A stretch of DNA of 64,000 bases from a virus (taxonomy: Duplodnaviria > Caudoviricetes). The notes under the pieces were generated by a model. The model was not told the DNA's origin and ran no database searches. It saw nothing but the letters and a program-made list of their open reading frames with translations. A program made the translations under genes and the position numbers. The stretch spans positions 36,977 to 100,976 of the IMG/VR virus record IMGVR_UViG_2898571807_000002, one strand, 5' to 3'. Below are positions 1 through 10,500 of the stretch, piece by piece. Numbering within the stretch: the stretch's first letter is position 1; each line of letters starts with the position of its first letter.

Positions 1-228
1 AGGTGGCTGCTCCGGAGGCGGCGGTGGCAGTGACCCGGTGCCGCCACCGCCATGCCTGGCCAAGAACCACGCGCCGCTGAGTCCGGGGAATGAGATCAGG
101 GCCATGTAGAGCAGCAGCAGCTCCACGGACGGCTTGTCCTTCAGCGCCTCCCACACAAACGCGGTGCTGGGCAGCACGATCAACGCCAGGTCTCGCACGA
201 CCTTCACCCAGTCCCGGCCACGCCACAC
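1..228 (-). CDS. Two-TM membrane protein, probable holin-like/lysis-region protein (runs off the window edge)
   Basis: Hand translation MWRGRDWVKVVRDLALIVLPSTAFVWEALKDKPSVELLLLYMALISFPGLSGAWFLARH...; GAGGTG RBS; follows the last tail gene. Confidence 0.55.
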   Translation of the reverse strand, partial: MWRGRDWVKVVRDLALIVLPSTAFVWEALKDKPSVELLLLYMALISFPGLSGAWFLARHGGGGTGSLPPPPPEQPP

Positions 229-315
229 GCGCTCACCTCGTTCTCTCTCGGATCGGAGCGGCGGCGAACCGCTGGACATCAACATCGGTTAGCGGTGTCC
301 CGTTCAAGACCTCGC

Positions 316-1227
316 CTACACCTCTCCCTGTGTGGCGACGGACAGGCCGGCCTCCTGCAGCACACCGTCGGACAACACCTTGATCCCTGTCGGAGGGCGC
401 TGCCCTGGCGCCGCCGGTACCTCCAGCGACACCTGTGCAATGCGCACCGCGCCGACCGTCGCCGCTGGTACCTCGAAGGCGACCTGCGAGATCCTGACCA
501 GAGGCGCGTCGCTTGGGTTCGGCACCTCGAACGACACCTGCGAGATCCGCACCGCTGGCGGACCGGACGGCGTGTACTTGTAGGTCGCGACCGCCGCCGC
601 GTACGTGCTGGCTGAGGACAGGCCGAGCGTGCCCTCCTGCGTCCCGGTCGCGGAGACATAGCGGTGAGCGACGAGCAGCGCCCGGTCGCCGCTGCCTGCG
701 GTCGTCTCGACCTTCGGACCGGCGGCCCATCCGCTCGGGACAGTGACGGTCCGGCCGCTGCCGAAAGCGAAGACGGCGACCACCAGTTCGTTCGCCTGGG
801 TGGTCGCAGCCGTGACGCCCGTCGACAGGCTGGCCGAGGAGCCAGGCGCGTTGCTGGCCGTCTTATCCAACGGCGTGGTGTTGACCTCGCTGTGCGCGTC
901 GGCCTGCGCCGCCCACCGGCCGCGGGCGGCGCCGGAGATCGTGACGGTGATCGTGTCGCCGGTCAGCAGCGCCGTCGTGACCCGCGCACGCAGGCCGCCG
1001 ACGGCAACCGTCGTGCCCGCAGCGACCGACATGTCCGGCGTGGTGCTCCAGGAGTTGCCGCGCGAGTCCGTCACCGACGCGATCGTGGGCACACCGCCCG
1101 CCGCCGCGTCCCAGGCGATGCCGAGCAGGACCGTCGAGCCGACGGGCGCGCCCGCCGACAGCGTGATGGTGATGCTGCTGCTCGTGGTGGACAGCGTCGC
1201 AGTGCCGATGGTGCCGAGGTGCGCCAT
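316..1227 (-). CDS. Minor tail / fibre-associated protein with three C-terminal VRI(S/A)QV(S/A)(F/L)EVP repeats
   Basis: Ser/Thr/Ala-rich beta-strand-like sequence in the tail module; visible internal repeat. Confidence 0.7.
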   Translation of the reverse strand: MAHLGTIGTATLSTTSSSITITLSAGAPVGSTVLLGIAWDAAAGGVPTIASVTDSRGNSWSTTPDMSVAAGTTVAVGGLRARVTTALLTGDTITVTISGAARGRWAAQADAHSEVNTTPLDKTASNAPGSSASLSTGVTAATTQANELVVAVFAFGSGRTVTVPSGWAAGPKVETTAGSGDRALLVAHRYVSATGTQEGTLGLSSASTYAAAVATYKYTPSGPPAVRISQVSFEVPNPSDAPLVRISQVAFEVPAATVGAVRIAQVSLEVPAAPGQRPPTGIKVLSDGVLQEAGLSVATQGEV

Positions 1228-1231
1228 CGGA

Positions 1232-2278
1232 TCAGCTCACCGTCGGGGTGAACCGCACCCGCAGGTCGGTGTAATCGACGATCGAATTCGCCTGCGTGCT
1301 CGTCAGCGTGTGCGAGAACGCGGTGAAGGTGCCCGAGAGGGTGTCCGTCCAGGACGCGCGGACGGTGCCGCCCTCGCGAACCTCGACCAGGACCGTGGCG
1401 GCAGTGGCACCGGCGACAAACTGCTGCCGGTAGCGGATCGTGTGGCCGGAGCTCGACAGCGGGTCGACGAGCGCGGAGAACTTCTCCTCGGTGTAGCCGC
1501 CGTTCTGGACCTCAACGCACGAGGTGTCCGCGTTCGCGGCGAGCCGGGTGGCGAGGCTCTCACCCGCACCCAGGGCGGGGATGGCCGTGGCGAGGCTGGA
1601 GGAGACATCGGACGCAGGCCGAGCAGTCTGCGTGCTGCTCGCCGGGGTGATCGCCAGCGTCCACGTCACGGCCTTGACGGAGGCGGCCCCGGCGACGAGG
1701 GACTCTCCACCGTAGCTGCCTACTGTGGGCGCGGGCTTGTCCTGGATCGTGACGGTGACGTGGCCGCTGGTGTTGACGTTGTCGATCACGTCTAGCTGCT
1801 TGGTGTACCCGGACGGGGTGTTCCAGGACTGCACGGCCGAGTCGGACTGGACACCGATGATGACGATCTGCCGGTTGGTGCCGGTCGTGTCGACAGCCGG
1901 GGTCGCGTGCGAGGCGGCGCTGACGTTCTCGACGCGGACGTCCCAGTCGTCGACCGAGGCGGACGGGTCGCCGCCTGACCAGGAGGCGAAGCCGACACCG
2001 CTCTTGCCGAGCGCCGAGGTGGGGAGCGTGACGGTGGATCCCTGATCCCCTGGCTGTGCGACGCGCAGGTAAAGGGCGGCGTAGAGGTTGCTGACGTCGC
2101 GGCCGTCCTTGAGGGTCCAGCCAGACGGCGTCGTCCAGTCTTTGGCGGGGTCGCCGCCGTTGTTCAAGCCGCCTGCGATGCACATGAGGTCCCCGGCCTG
2201 GATGGATCCGGGGATCGTGATCGTTGCCGATCCGGAGGTAGGGGTGGTGGACGTGGCCGCCCGGAAAGCGATCGTCAA
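1232..2278 (-). CDS. Minor tail protein
   Basis: Thr/Ser/Gly-rich; N-terminus (TIAFRAA...ITIPGSIQAGDL...TTPSGWT) typical of actinophage tail proteins. Confidence 0.7.
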   Translation of the reverse strand: MTIAFRAATSTTPTSGSATITIPGSIQAGDLMCIAGGLNNGGDPAKDWTTPSGWTLKDGRDVSNLYAALYLRVAQPGDQGSTVTLPTSALGKSGVGFASWSGGDPSASVDDWDVRVENVSAASHATPAVDTTGTNRQIVIIGVQSDSAVQSWNTPSGYTKQLDVIDNVNTSGHVTVTIQDKPAPTVGSYGGESLVAGAASVKAVTWTLAITPASSTQTARPASDVSSSLATAIPALGAGESLATRLAANADTSCVEVQNGGYTEEKFSALVDPLSSSGHTIRYRQQFVAGATAATVLVEVREGGTVRASWTDTLSGTFTAFSHTLTSTQANSIVDYTDLRVRFTPTVS

Positions 2279-2319
2279 GGGACAGGCTCCTTTCAGGGCA
2301 GGGGCGCATACTGGACGGC

Positions 2320-2574
2320 ATGGATGCCACGCCGGGAACCGCTTGGGTCGACACAGGGCTGCCGCACGTTCGGGTCTTCGCGTCCGCCGATTCCGAGTCG
2401 GCGCTGACCTGCAACGAGTGCGGGCGGCCCGTGGGCGGGGAGGCGTTCGTCACGGACCACAACAGCGGCACCGTGACCGCCACACACGAGCGCTGCTTGC
2501 CCGAAGAGGAGCACCAGGAGGCGGTGATGGCGCACCACTTGAGCCGCCTGGAGAAGCGGCTCAGCGACTCATAG
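2320..2574 (+). CDS. Small Zn-ribbon protein, antisense moron in the tail module
   Basis: CNECGRPV...HERC motif; fills an intergenic gap; CATACT -10-like box 7 nt before the ATG. Confidence 0.55.
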   Translation: MDATPGTAWVDTGLPHVRVFASADSESALTCNECGRPVGGEAFVTDHNSGTVTATHERCLPEEEHQEAVMAHHLSRLEKRLSDS

Positions 2575-3516
2575 CAGGTAGGCGTTGACGTCGGTGAAGT
2601 ACGCCTGCGAAATCGTCTTCGCCTTCGCCTGCATCGACGGGTCGCTCCCCGGCGTAGGGAGCACGCCGCCCGTGGAGTTGGAGAACCAGCAGAAATAGGC
2701 CGCCCTGCTGCGCCCGCCGCCCGCCGACGTCGCCCCTGCGTAATCCGCCTGAGCCTGCATCCAGGCAGTGTCCGCTGTCGTTGCACACCCGACCTCAGCG
2801 ATCCCCCACGGGATGCCCTTGCTCGTCGCGAAGTCGACGGCCGGTTTCCACAGCGTGGAGCCGCTGCCGGTGTTGGAGTAGCCGTCCACACCGTAGCAGT
2901 CCACATAGCCCGCGCCCGGCCAGAGGTCGGAGTAGGTACTGCCCGCCTTCGGCTGCTGCCCGGACCACGCCTCCAGGATCTGCGTGGTGTAGACGTGCGC
3001 CTTGCCCACCGACTTCACGACCTGGCAGAAACGCCGGAACGCCGGAAGGTATTGCGCGAGGGTGAACTGGCTCTTACGAATCTTGCCGTCCGGCTCATGC
3101 CAGCAGGTCAACCAGCACACGTGTGTGTCCGGGATCGACTGCACGAACGCGCGGATCGCAGAGTCCAGCGTCCCGGCGGCGAGCTGCCCGAGGTCCGGCT
3201 TGCAGCTCCACACGGATGCCCGCTTGTTGACGTCAATGCCTGCGACGCTCGCAGCAAATGTTGCCGGGAGCGCGGTGTCGTAAGACCGGCGGACGGTGAA
3301 AGGCCCGGCAGCCTGGTCGAGAGCAGGGAAGTCGCTGCCGGACAGGCTCGTCCCGGCCGCGCCAACGAGCATCGCGTTCCGGTTGCCCGTGCCTGGGTCG
3401 CCGCCTCCGGGGGTGCCGCCGTTGCCGCTGCCCGCGGTCGGCGGGATGATCGCTGGGCCACCCGCGAGCGGCAGCAGCCGACCGCCCGACAGCACATACA
3501 CCTTCGCTGCGGGCAT
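2569..3516 (-). CDS. Virion-associated glycoside hydrolase (GH26-like, clan GH-A)
   Basis: WHEPD acid/base motif, YVDCYGVDGY, and KGIPWGIAEVG nucleophile motif. Confidence 0.75.
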   Translation of the reverse strand: MPAAKVYVLSGGRLLPLAGGPAIIPPTAGSGNGGTPGGGDPGTGNRNAMLVGAAGTSLSGSDFPALDQAAGPFTVRRSYDTALPATFAASVAGIDVNKRASVWSCKPDLGQLAAGTLDSAIRAFVQSIPDTHVCWLTCWHEPDGKIRKSQFTLAQYLPAFRRFCQVVKSVGKAHVYTTQILEAWSGQQPKAGSTYSDLWPGAGYVDCYGVDGYSNTGSGSTLWKPAVDFATSKGIPWGIAEVGCATTADTAWMQAQADYAGATSAGGGRSRAAYFCWFSNSTGGVLPTPGSDPSMQAKAKTISQAYFTDVNAYLL

Positions 3517-3526
3517 CAGGCGCCCA

Positions 3527-4063
3527 TCACGCGGCCGAGGTGTTGACCCACAGGTCACCCTCCTCCATATACGGGGTGCCTGCTGTCGGCACCGACGGGC
3601 CGACCCACTGGAACAGGCGCGAGTCCCCGGCCGGGCGCTGTGGCCACGACGACGTCGCCGCGTTATAGACGACCATGCCGCCCGAGTTCTGCACCATCGT
3701 GGTCAGTGCCGTCACCGTTGTGGTGAGGTCTGCGACCGCCGACTGCAACTCGACGACATCACCGCCCAGATCCGTCGGGGTCAGCCGGTAGCGGATCCCG
3801 CCGCCCGCGTCCGCCCACAGCTCGCCGATGCCGTCCGGGCCCTGAAACTGCGGGATCGTCCCCTTGGGGAGGGTGCTGCCGTCGCCCGTGACGACCTCGG
3901 TGATCGGTGTCCCGGCCGCGTCCAACAGGTCGGTGTACTGCGTCCCGCCAGCCGCCGCATTCCAGAGCGTGACGGTCACGCTTCCCGCGAGGACAACCCC
4001 GTCCCCCGCATCGACGGAGAACGTCCAGTCGCTGGGGCTCTGCCCGAACCAGTGCCGCGCCAT
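3527..4063 (-). CDS. Minor tail protein
   Basis: MARHWFG...WNAAAGGTQYTDLLD...FQGPDG typical of actinophage tail proteins; position. Confidence 0.7.
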   Translation of the reverse strand: MARHWFGQSPSDWTFSVDAGDGVVLAGSVTVTLWNAAAGGTQYTDLLDAAGTPITEVVTGDGSTLPKGTIPQFQGPDGIGELWADAGGGIRYRLTPTDLGGDVVELQSAVADLTTTVTALTTMVQNSGGMVVYNAATSSWPQRPAGDSRLFQWVGPSVPTAGTPYMEEGDLWVNTSAA

Positions 4064-5013
4064 CAGTCGCCTCCGCGCAGATAGGTGAAGGTGAACCGGA
4101 TGTACTCACCGGTGCCGACGCCCTGCCACAGGTGCCGCAGATTGACCGTGCCGTTGGTCTCGAAATCCATGCGACCGTTGTTGTCGCCGGTGACGTGGAC
4201 GAAGCAGTACTTGTGCTGATCGACAGGCCGCAGAGAAGTAGGCAACGTCGTGATCACTGTCGAGCCGCCCTCAGGGACCGCACTGCCGGTCCGGCGAAGA
4301 TTCATGGTGATCTCCACCCAGCCGTTCAAGCAGCGCCCAGAGTTCGCTCCGTCCGCCGCCCACCCCGACGTCAAGGACAGGGCAACCGTGCCGGAGTTGG
4401 AGTACAGGGTGCGGCGGGCAGTGCCGTCCCACCCGAACCAGCCACGCGCAGTGGCGTCGAAGCCGATCTCGCCGAGCTTCGGGTAGAGCATGTCCGCGGC
4501 TTTCAGCCATGCCCGCACCCGGGACCCCACCCGATGCCCGTCGGTGTACACGTCCCCGGCGTTGATCGTCGCGGCGCCGCTGCCCACGGTGACCACCGAG
4601 CTGGGCATCTGCCACACCCCGGTCGTGCCCTCGTCGCGGGTCACCGGCGGGACGCCCGCGCCCGGAGACCCCTCGACGATGGCGGCGCGTACCTCCCACG
4701 TCGAGCGGTCCAGTTCCAGGACCACTCGGTCATAGCGGGTAGCGCCCGACGAGTTCGGGGTGATCGACAGGCTGACGTCGGTTCCGCCGCTGTGGTACGC
4801 GAACCCGCGTACGGATGCGTACTTGTCGGCGCGGACCTTTACTGTCATGCCTGAACTGTCGGCGTAGACGGGGCCGCCAGCGGTGTCGAGGTAGACCCCG
4901 TTGGGGTCCATGTACCAGCCGTCCTCGGTAAAGTGTGCGGCCTCCTGCTCGAACTCGGCCTCAGTGACCGCGCCGCCGTTGTAGGTCGATACGGGCCAGG
5001 ATGCTTCGGCCAC
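4063..5013 (-). CDS. Minor tail / baseplate protein
   Basis: GGAGG RBS before GTG at 5013; VYADSSGMTVKVRA...RYDRVVLELD baseplate-like motif. Confidence 0.75.
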   Translation of the reverse strand: MAEASWPVSTYNGGAVTEAEFEQEAAHFTEDGWYMDPNGVYLDTAGGPVYADSSGMTVKVRADKYASVRGFAYHSGGTDVSLSITPNSSGATRYDRVVLELDRSTWEVRAAIVEGSPGAGVPPVTRDEGTTGVWQMPSSVVTVGSGAATINAGDVYTDGHRVGSRVRAWLKAADMLYPKLGEIGFDATARGWFGWDGTARRTLYSNSGTVALSLTSGWAADGANSGRCLNGWVEITMNLRRTGSAVPEGGSTVITTLPTSLRPVDQHKYCFVHVTGDNNGRMDFETNGTVNLRHLWQGVGTGEYIRFTFTYLRGGD

Positions 5014-5044
5014 ACGTCCTCCCGTCGAGGGGCACAATGGTGGA

Positions 5045-5362
5045 ATGGATCTGGTGGAGTTCCTGCGGCAGCGGCTAAGGGAGGACGAGGCGGCAGCCAA
5101 GTCGTGGCTGCCGTTCGGCAATCCGGACACGGCAGCACGCGCCCACCCGGCCCGCCACAACCCCGGGCGGGTGCTGCGCGAGGTCGAGGCAAAGCGACGG
5201 TTGATCGAGCGATATGAGCGCGCGGCGACCATTCCTGCGTCAATCTCCGGCTTCGTGCGCGGCCAGGACGACGGATACCGGCAAGGTTGTCTCGACGCGA
5301 TCCACGACGCCGCAGCGGTGTACGCCGAACACCCCGACTATCAGGCGGAGTGGAAGCCCTAG
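5045..5362 (+). CDS. DUF6221-like protein, antisense moron
   Basis: MDLVEFLRQRLREDE...ARHNPGRVLREVEAKRRLI...YAEHPDYQAEWKP; CACAAT -10-like box 6 nt before the ATG. Confidence 0.75.
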   Translation: MDLVEFLRQRLREDEAAAKSWLPFGNPDTAARAHPARHNPGRVLREVEAKRRLIERYERAATIPASISGFVRGQDDGYRQGCLDAIHDAAAVYAEHPDYQAEWKP

Positions 5363-5369
5363 CCCGCGC

Positions 5370-6560
5370 TTACCGTGCCGCGAGGCGGCCGAGGCGGCGG
5401 CCCAACTCCCTGACGAGCTTGACCGTCTGCAGGTCAGTCGTCGCCTCCGACGACCCGATCAACGACGTCACGTACTCGCCGCCCTTCGGAGTCGCCTGCA
5501 AATGGATGCTGCGTACCAGGTCCGCGACTTCCAACCCCGTAGGCAGCGCCACCGTCACCCTGTCGCCAAGGTCAAAGTCACGGCCCGCGATCATCCCCGG
5601 CTGACCGGGCCGATCCGGGACGTCGACCGTTACCGTCGCCAACTCGACCGGAGCCGCACCGCCTGCGATCTCCTCGTTCCCGGCCTGGGTCAGTTCCCCG
5701 TTGGTGTCGTTGGCGGCCGAACCGTCCACGAACTTCTCCACCCGGTACCAGTTGCTCGCCGCCGCGGAGTCGGCCACCTCCACGAACGTCCGCGCGCCCG
5801 TTGTGTCGTCCTCGGTCCCGGCGATGAGCGCGTGTGTCACTGTCGGCGCGGAGATCTTCGCTCGCAGGTAACGGAGGTTGCCGAGGCCGAAGGAGAACCT
5901 GGCCGTCGCAGTGAGGTCGGATGGCCCGTACACCTCGAAGACGATCTGGTCTGCGTCCTCACGGGTGCGGAAGCCGAGCCCGTCGCCGTCGATCGCGACG
6001 CGGCGGCACACATCCAGGAGCCCTTCGAACCGCGTCTGCACGCTCGTCGTCGTCCCAACACTCGCGAGCGCCCCGAGGCCAAAGCTTGGGATCCGCCGGG
6101 CCGCCAACGCTGACGGCCCGCACGACTCGTCCACCAACGTCCGGATGATGACCTCGGCGTTCGTTGCGGTAATCTGCCGCCACGTCGAGATCGGCTGCAA
6201 CGTCCACGCCACCGCCGGGTTCGGCCATGTGAAGTAACCAGCGATACGGCCGAGGTCATCAGTGAAGTTGATCGTCACCTTGCCAGGCTGCGGCTCGGCG
6301 CTGCCTTCCCCGCCGCCGTAGCCCATTTCGATCTCCCGCGGAACCTCCATCGGGCCCGCGCACCAGACCTGACCGTCACGGATCACCCGCAACCGGTTGC
6401 CCTCCACAATCTGCGCGAGCACTTCCGGCCGCGCGGGGAGCACCACCGTCCCAGATGCAGGCTCGTTGAATTTCCGCGTCACGTCCAGGGACGTCCACCC
6501 GTCGATGGGATAGCCCTGAACGTTGAGGTTCTGGTCCGTGATGAGCACTGTGACTGCCAT
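5370..6560 (-). CDS. Minor tail protein (siphovirus Gp37-like / Tal hub)
   Basis: Follows Dit; C-terminal GRDFDLGDRVTV motif. Confidence 0.85.
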   Translation of the reverse strand: MAVTVLITDQNLNVQGYPIDGWTSLDVTRKFNEPASGTVVLPARPEVLAQIVEGNRLRVIRDGQVWCAGPMEVPREIEMGYGGGEGSAEPQPGKVTINFTDDLGRIAGYFTWPNPAVAWTLQPISTWRQITATNAEVIIRTLVDESCGPSALAARRIPSFGLGALASVGTTTSVQTRFEGLLDVCRRVAIDGDGLGFRTREDADQIVFEVYGPSDLTATARFSFGLGNLRYLRAKISAPTVTHALIAGTEDDTTGARTFVEVADSAAASNWYRVEKFVDGSAANDTNGELTQAGNEEIAGGAAPVELATVTVDVPDRPGQPGMIAGRDFDLGDRVTVALPTGLEVADLVRSIHLQATPKGGEYVTSLIGSSEATTDLQTVKLVRELGRRLGRLAAR

Positions 6561-7504
6561 CAGGCTGTCTCATACCGGGCGTTGTACGACAGGTCGACAC
6601 GGCTCCCAGGGCCTGCGCCATCAAGCTGGAAAGTGATCGCTGACTCACCGGGCGGCAAGGCCCACAGAACCGCGCCCGGCCAGTCCAGCCCTCCGATCCA
6701 GTTGGATCCATCCTGGAAGGTCACACGCGGCGGGTTCGTTGTGATCGTGACCTTCTCCCCCGCCAACAGGTCACCGTGGCCGATCGCCGTGGCATCAGGG
6801 TTGAAGGCGAACGACTCACCGGTGTCCTCGTTCGTGAACGTCACCAGCGACGCCGGGCCTGTGACCACCCACGTCGGCCACGCCTCCACGCCGCCAGGAT
6901 TGGTCAGAGTGGTCGCGCCGAGTACCTGCCCCGACGAAACGGTGGGGAATGGGTTCAGAAACGGGACGCCAACGCTGTACGCGCGGTATCCGGTGACCGG
7001 AACGGGGTCAATCCAGTACGGGTCCTCGCAGTACAGCGACAGGATCACCGAGTCAGATGCGACGCCGGTGCCTTGCCTGCCCTGCCCCTCGAACCCATCC
7101 TCGTAGTAGCAGGCAATGCGGCGCCGGGAGCCGTCCGGGCGAGTGATCTCTAGCCAGCCCGCCCCAATCCGAAGTGTCCGCGTAAATGCCTCAGCGAGCG
7201 CCCGCCACCTCGCAACGAACTGGAGATGATCCTTACCGAAGACGTGCATCGGCCAGACGATCGTCTTGTCGTTCGGCCGGGAACTGCGGAGTCGGGAGCC
7301 GCCGCGGGGATGGTCGTCCTTCGCCAACTCGTATGGTGCCGCGCCGAGCCCCGACACCCCCTCCGAAAGGGTAAACCACCCGGAGGTTGGGGAGGTCAAC
7401 GGCCAGATCGTGCCATTCGCCTCGACGAATCGCGCGGTCGCGAATCCGACGCCGGGAATCTGGACGGGCGGCTGGACGGTCCCCGGTTGTGCGAGCAGCG
7501 GCAT
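6560..7504 (-). CDS. Distal tail protein (Dit)
   Basis: Directly after the tape measure; CEDPYW and NPGGVEAWPTWVVTGP motifs. Confidence 0.85.
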   Translation of the reverse strand: MPLLAQPGTVQPPVQIPGVGFATARFVEANGTIWPLTSPTSGWFTLSEGVSGLGAAPYELAKDDHPRGGSRLRSSRPNDKTIVWPMHVFGKDHLQFVARWRALAEAFTRTLRIGAGWLEITRPDGSRRRIACYYEDGFEGQGRQGTGVASDSVILSLYCEDPYWIDPVPVTGYRAYSVGVPFLNPFPTVSSGQVLGATTLTNPGGVEAWPTWVVTGPASLVTFTNEDTGESFAFNPDATAIGHGDLLAGEKVTITTNPPRVTFQDGSNWIGGLDWPGAVLWALPPGESAITFQLDGAGPGSRVDLSYNARYETA

Positions 7505-7521
7505 TTACAGGCCCCCGTCCC

Positions 7522-10500
7522 TCACCGGGGCCTGCCGACCCGTGCCCGTGCTTCCTGCTTGCGCTGCAGAACCTCTAGGTCCTGCACCGTCAAGTCCAAC
7601 GTCCGCGGATAGAAGTTGTAGGTGTCTCCGCCGCGGGAGGAACCGTCAGCCAGCGCGGCGAACTGCGCATTGGTGAGCACCGGCTCCGGTCGGCCGGTGC
7701 CGTTGTAGACCAGCGACGGTCCTGGTGGGAGGAACCCGCCGTTGTCGTACCAGCCGGTCCGCTGCGAATGCGCCCACGCGCCCGCGGGGTTGCCGTAGCG
7801 GCCCTTGATGTAGCCGAGGCCCCACCTCACCTGGGTGATGGCGTTGGTGAGGTAGTCGGCGCCCGCCGAGCGCATCTTCGACGCGGGCAGCGCCTGCGGG
7901 ATCCCGTACGCGCCGCTGCCCGGGTTGCGGGCGTTCCACCGCCAGCCCGACTCGCGGATCCACAGCTTGTTCAGCGGGTCGTACTGGGACCCGGACCAGC
8001 CGAACTCGCCCATCTGCGAGCGGGCGTACGCGCGTGCCGCGGCAGCGGACTGCGCGGACCTGCCCGCCGCGTTCGATGCGATCAGGCGGATCTTGCCGCC
8101 GCCGCGGAACGGGGCGTAGCGGACGACGTCGCCGGTGTGCGGGGCGTGGATCATCTCCTGCCCGCTCCCGGACCCGGGTTTGACGAACATCATCACGTGC
8201 CCCGGGTCAGGGAAATGCAGGTCGCCGGGCCTCGCCGACCCGCGAGATCCGGCACGGCCAGCCTTCACCTGGTCGTAGGTGGTGCGGCCGATCTCCTTCC
8301 CGGCTGCCTGCCACGCCCGCATCGTCAGACCGGAGCAGTCGAACGTGGCCGGGCCTGTCGCGCCCCACACGTACGGTTTGCCGAGCTGCTTGATCGCGAA
8401 CGCGACTGCTTTCGCGCCGTCGCCGGAGCCGAGGAGTTTCGGGTCGATGGTGTTCTTCAACCAGCCGAGGAACGAGTCGATCATCTTCTTCGGCAGCCGC
8501 GCCATCGCCTCGGTCCACGGCGACGTGCCCGCGGGAATCCGGTTGAGGATCGGGTCGAGGATCTTCTTCGCCGCGAACGACGCGCCGTTCGCCAGCAGCG
8601 ACGACGCGCCGTGCACGACGAGGTTCTTGGCGCCCTTGAGGATCCCGCCGATCTTGCCGATGATGCCGCCGCCGGCGAACGCCTGGCCGATCGTGCCGGC
8701 GGCGAAGCCGGCGGCGCCGGACACTCCCCCGCGCATCGCGGCGGCGTTGATGCCGTACACCCACGCCGGGCCGAGTGCCCGCGTGGCCTCCGGGCGGATG
8801 ACACCTTCCCCGCCGGAGAACGCCGCCATCGGCATCACATGCGGGTCACGGCCCGGCGTGTACCCGGGGAACACGCCGCCGGTCGCGAACTTCAAGTCCG
8901 GGAGCTTGGGCAGCTTGACCAGCCCAGCTACGGTGTCCCAGGCTTTCTTGATGCCGTGCTGGTAAACCGTGTTCACCACGAACGCGACGGGCCCGCGGGT
9001 CTTGGCTTTGAGCCCGTCCCAGATCTTCCCGATCGCGGTGACCGCAGTGTGGAAGGCGTCGCGGACCTTACCGACCGCCGCCTTCAATGCGTCAAACGTC
9101 GGGCGGATCGTGGAGGTCCATACCGAGTGGATGATCGACCCGACCGTGTTCCACACGGGGCGGATCACGCTGTCGCGCAGCCACCGGAAGATTGGACCGA
9201 GCGTCACCCGCAGGTAGGTGACGATCAGGTTGAAGACCGCCCGGATGAGGCCCCACGCGAAGCTGATCGCCGTCTTGATGCCGTTCCAGACCGGAACGAC
9301 GATGTTGCGGTACAGCCACGTGAACCACGAGCCGACCGTGCGGAGCGCGGAGCGGATCGCGGCGAACACCGGCTGCAGCAGCGCCCACGCCCGCGTGGCG
9401 GCCCACACGATCCCGTGCCACACGGGAACGAACACGTACTGCCACAGGAACATCGCCGCGGCTTGGAGCAGTTTGAAGGCGAGGAGCAGCGGCGCGACGA
9501 CGACCACGAAGATCACTGCGGCGAGGATCTTGCCGGCGAGGACGATTCCCGCGAACGCGATCTTGATGATGTTCCAGAGGAACTGGGCTGCGGCGCCGAT
9601 GCCGCGGATCAGCCAGCCGAGGAACTGGAACACCGGGGTGAGGATCTGAGCGACCCAGGTGATCACGGTGACCATCAGCCGGAACACCGGGATCAGCAGT
9701 GAGAAGATCGTCGTCCAGTACTTGACCACGATGATGATCGCGATGCGGAGCACCGGGACCAGCGCCTGCAGGATCACCGCAGCGAGCTGGATCAGCACCG
9801 GCAGCAGCGGCGCGATCGCTGTGAACCACTGGCCCCACAGCGGTACCAGCGGCACCAGTTCCGGGAGCAGCCCTGCGATCGCGAGGATCATCTGCTGCAG
9901 CGCTGGCGCCGACTGCGTCAGTGCCTTGATCAGCACGCCGGAGATCTGCTGCGCGACCTGCGCGATGACGTTGACGATCGGGGTCAGCGCGGGCATCAGT
10001 CCCGCGACGAGGCTCGCGATGAACCGGCCGACCAGCGGCAGGACCGGCGCGACCGCTTGGAAGATCTTCGCGAGCGCCCCGACGAGCAGCCCCACCACCG
10101 GCACCAGCGACGCGATCGCCGGTTGCAGCCCCGACAGCAGCGCGGAGATCACGGGTGCGAGCCCGGCGATGATCTGTCCGAGGACCGGGACGAGAGAGAT
10201 CAGGATCGGGCGAAGCCCGTTGATCAGTTGGTTCAGCAGCGGAGCGAGCGCCTGCACGAGCTGCGTCACGACTGGTGCGAGCGACACGATGACCGCCGAC
10301 AGGCTGGTGCCGAGGGTGGACAGCACCGACTGCAGCGCGGGCCCGACGCTGCGCAGGACCCCGGCGAGCGCGGACGCCAACGTGTTGATCAGCCCGAGCG
10401 CCGGTTGCAGCGCGGGAGCGAGCGCGGCGAACACGCTTCCGAGCAGCCGCCCCAGGCTCAGGAACGTCTGCGCCATCAGCGGCGCCAACGCGATGAACTG

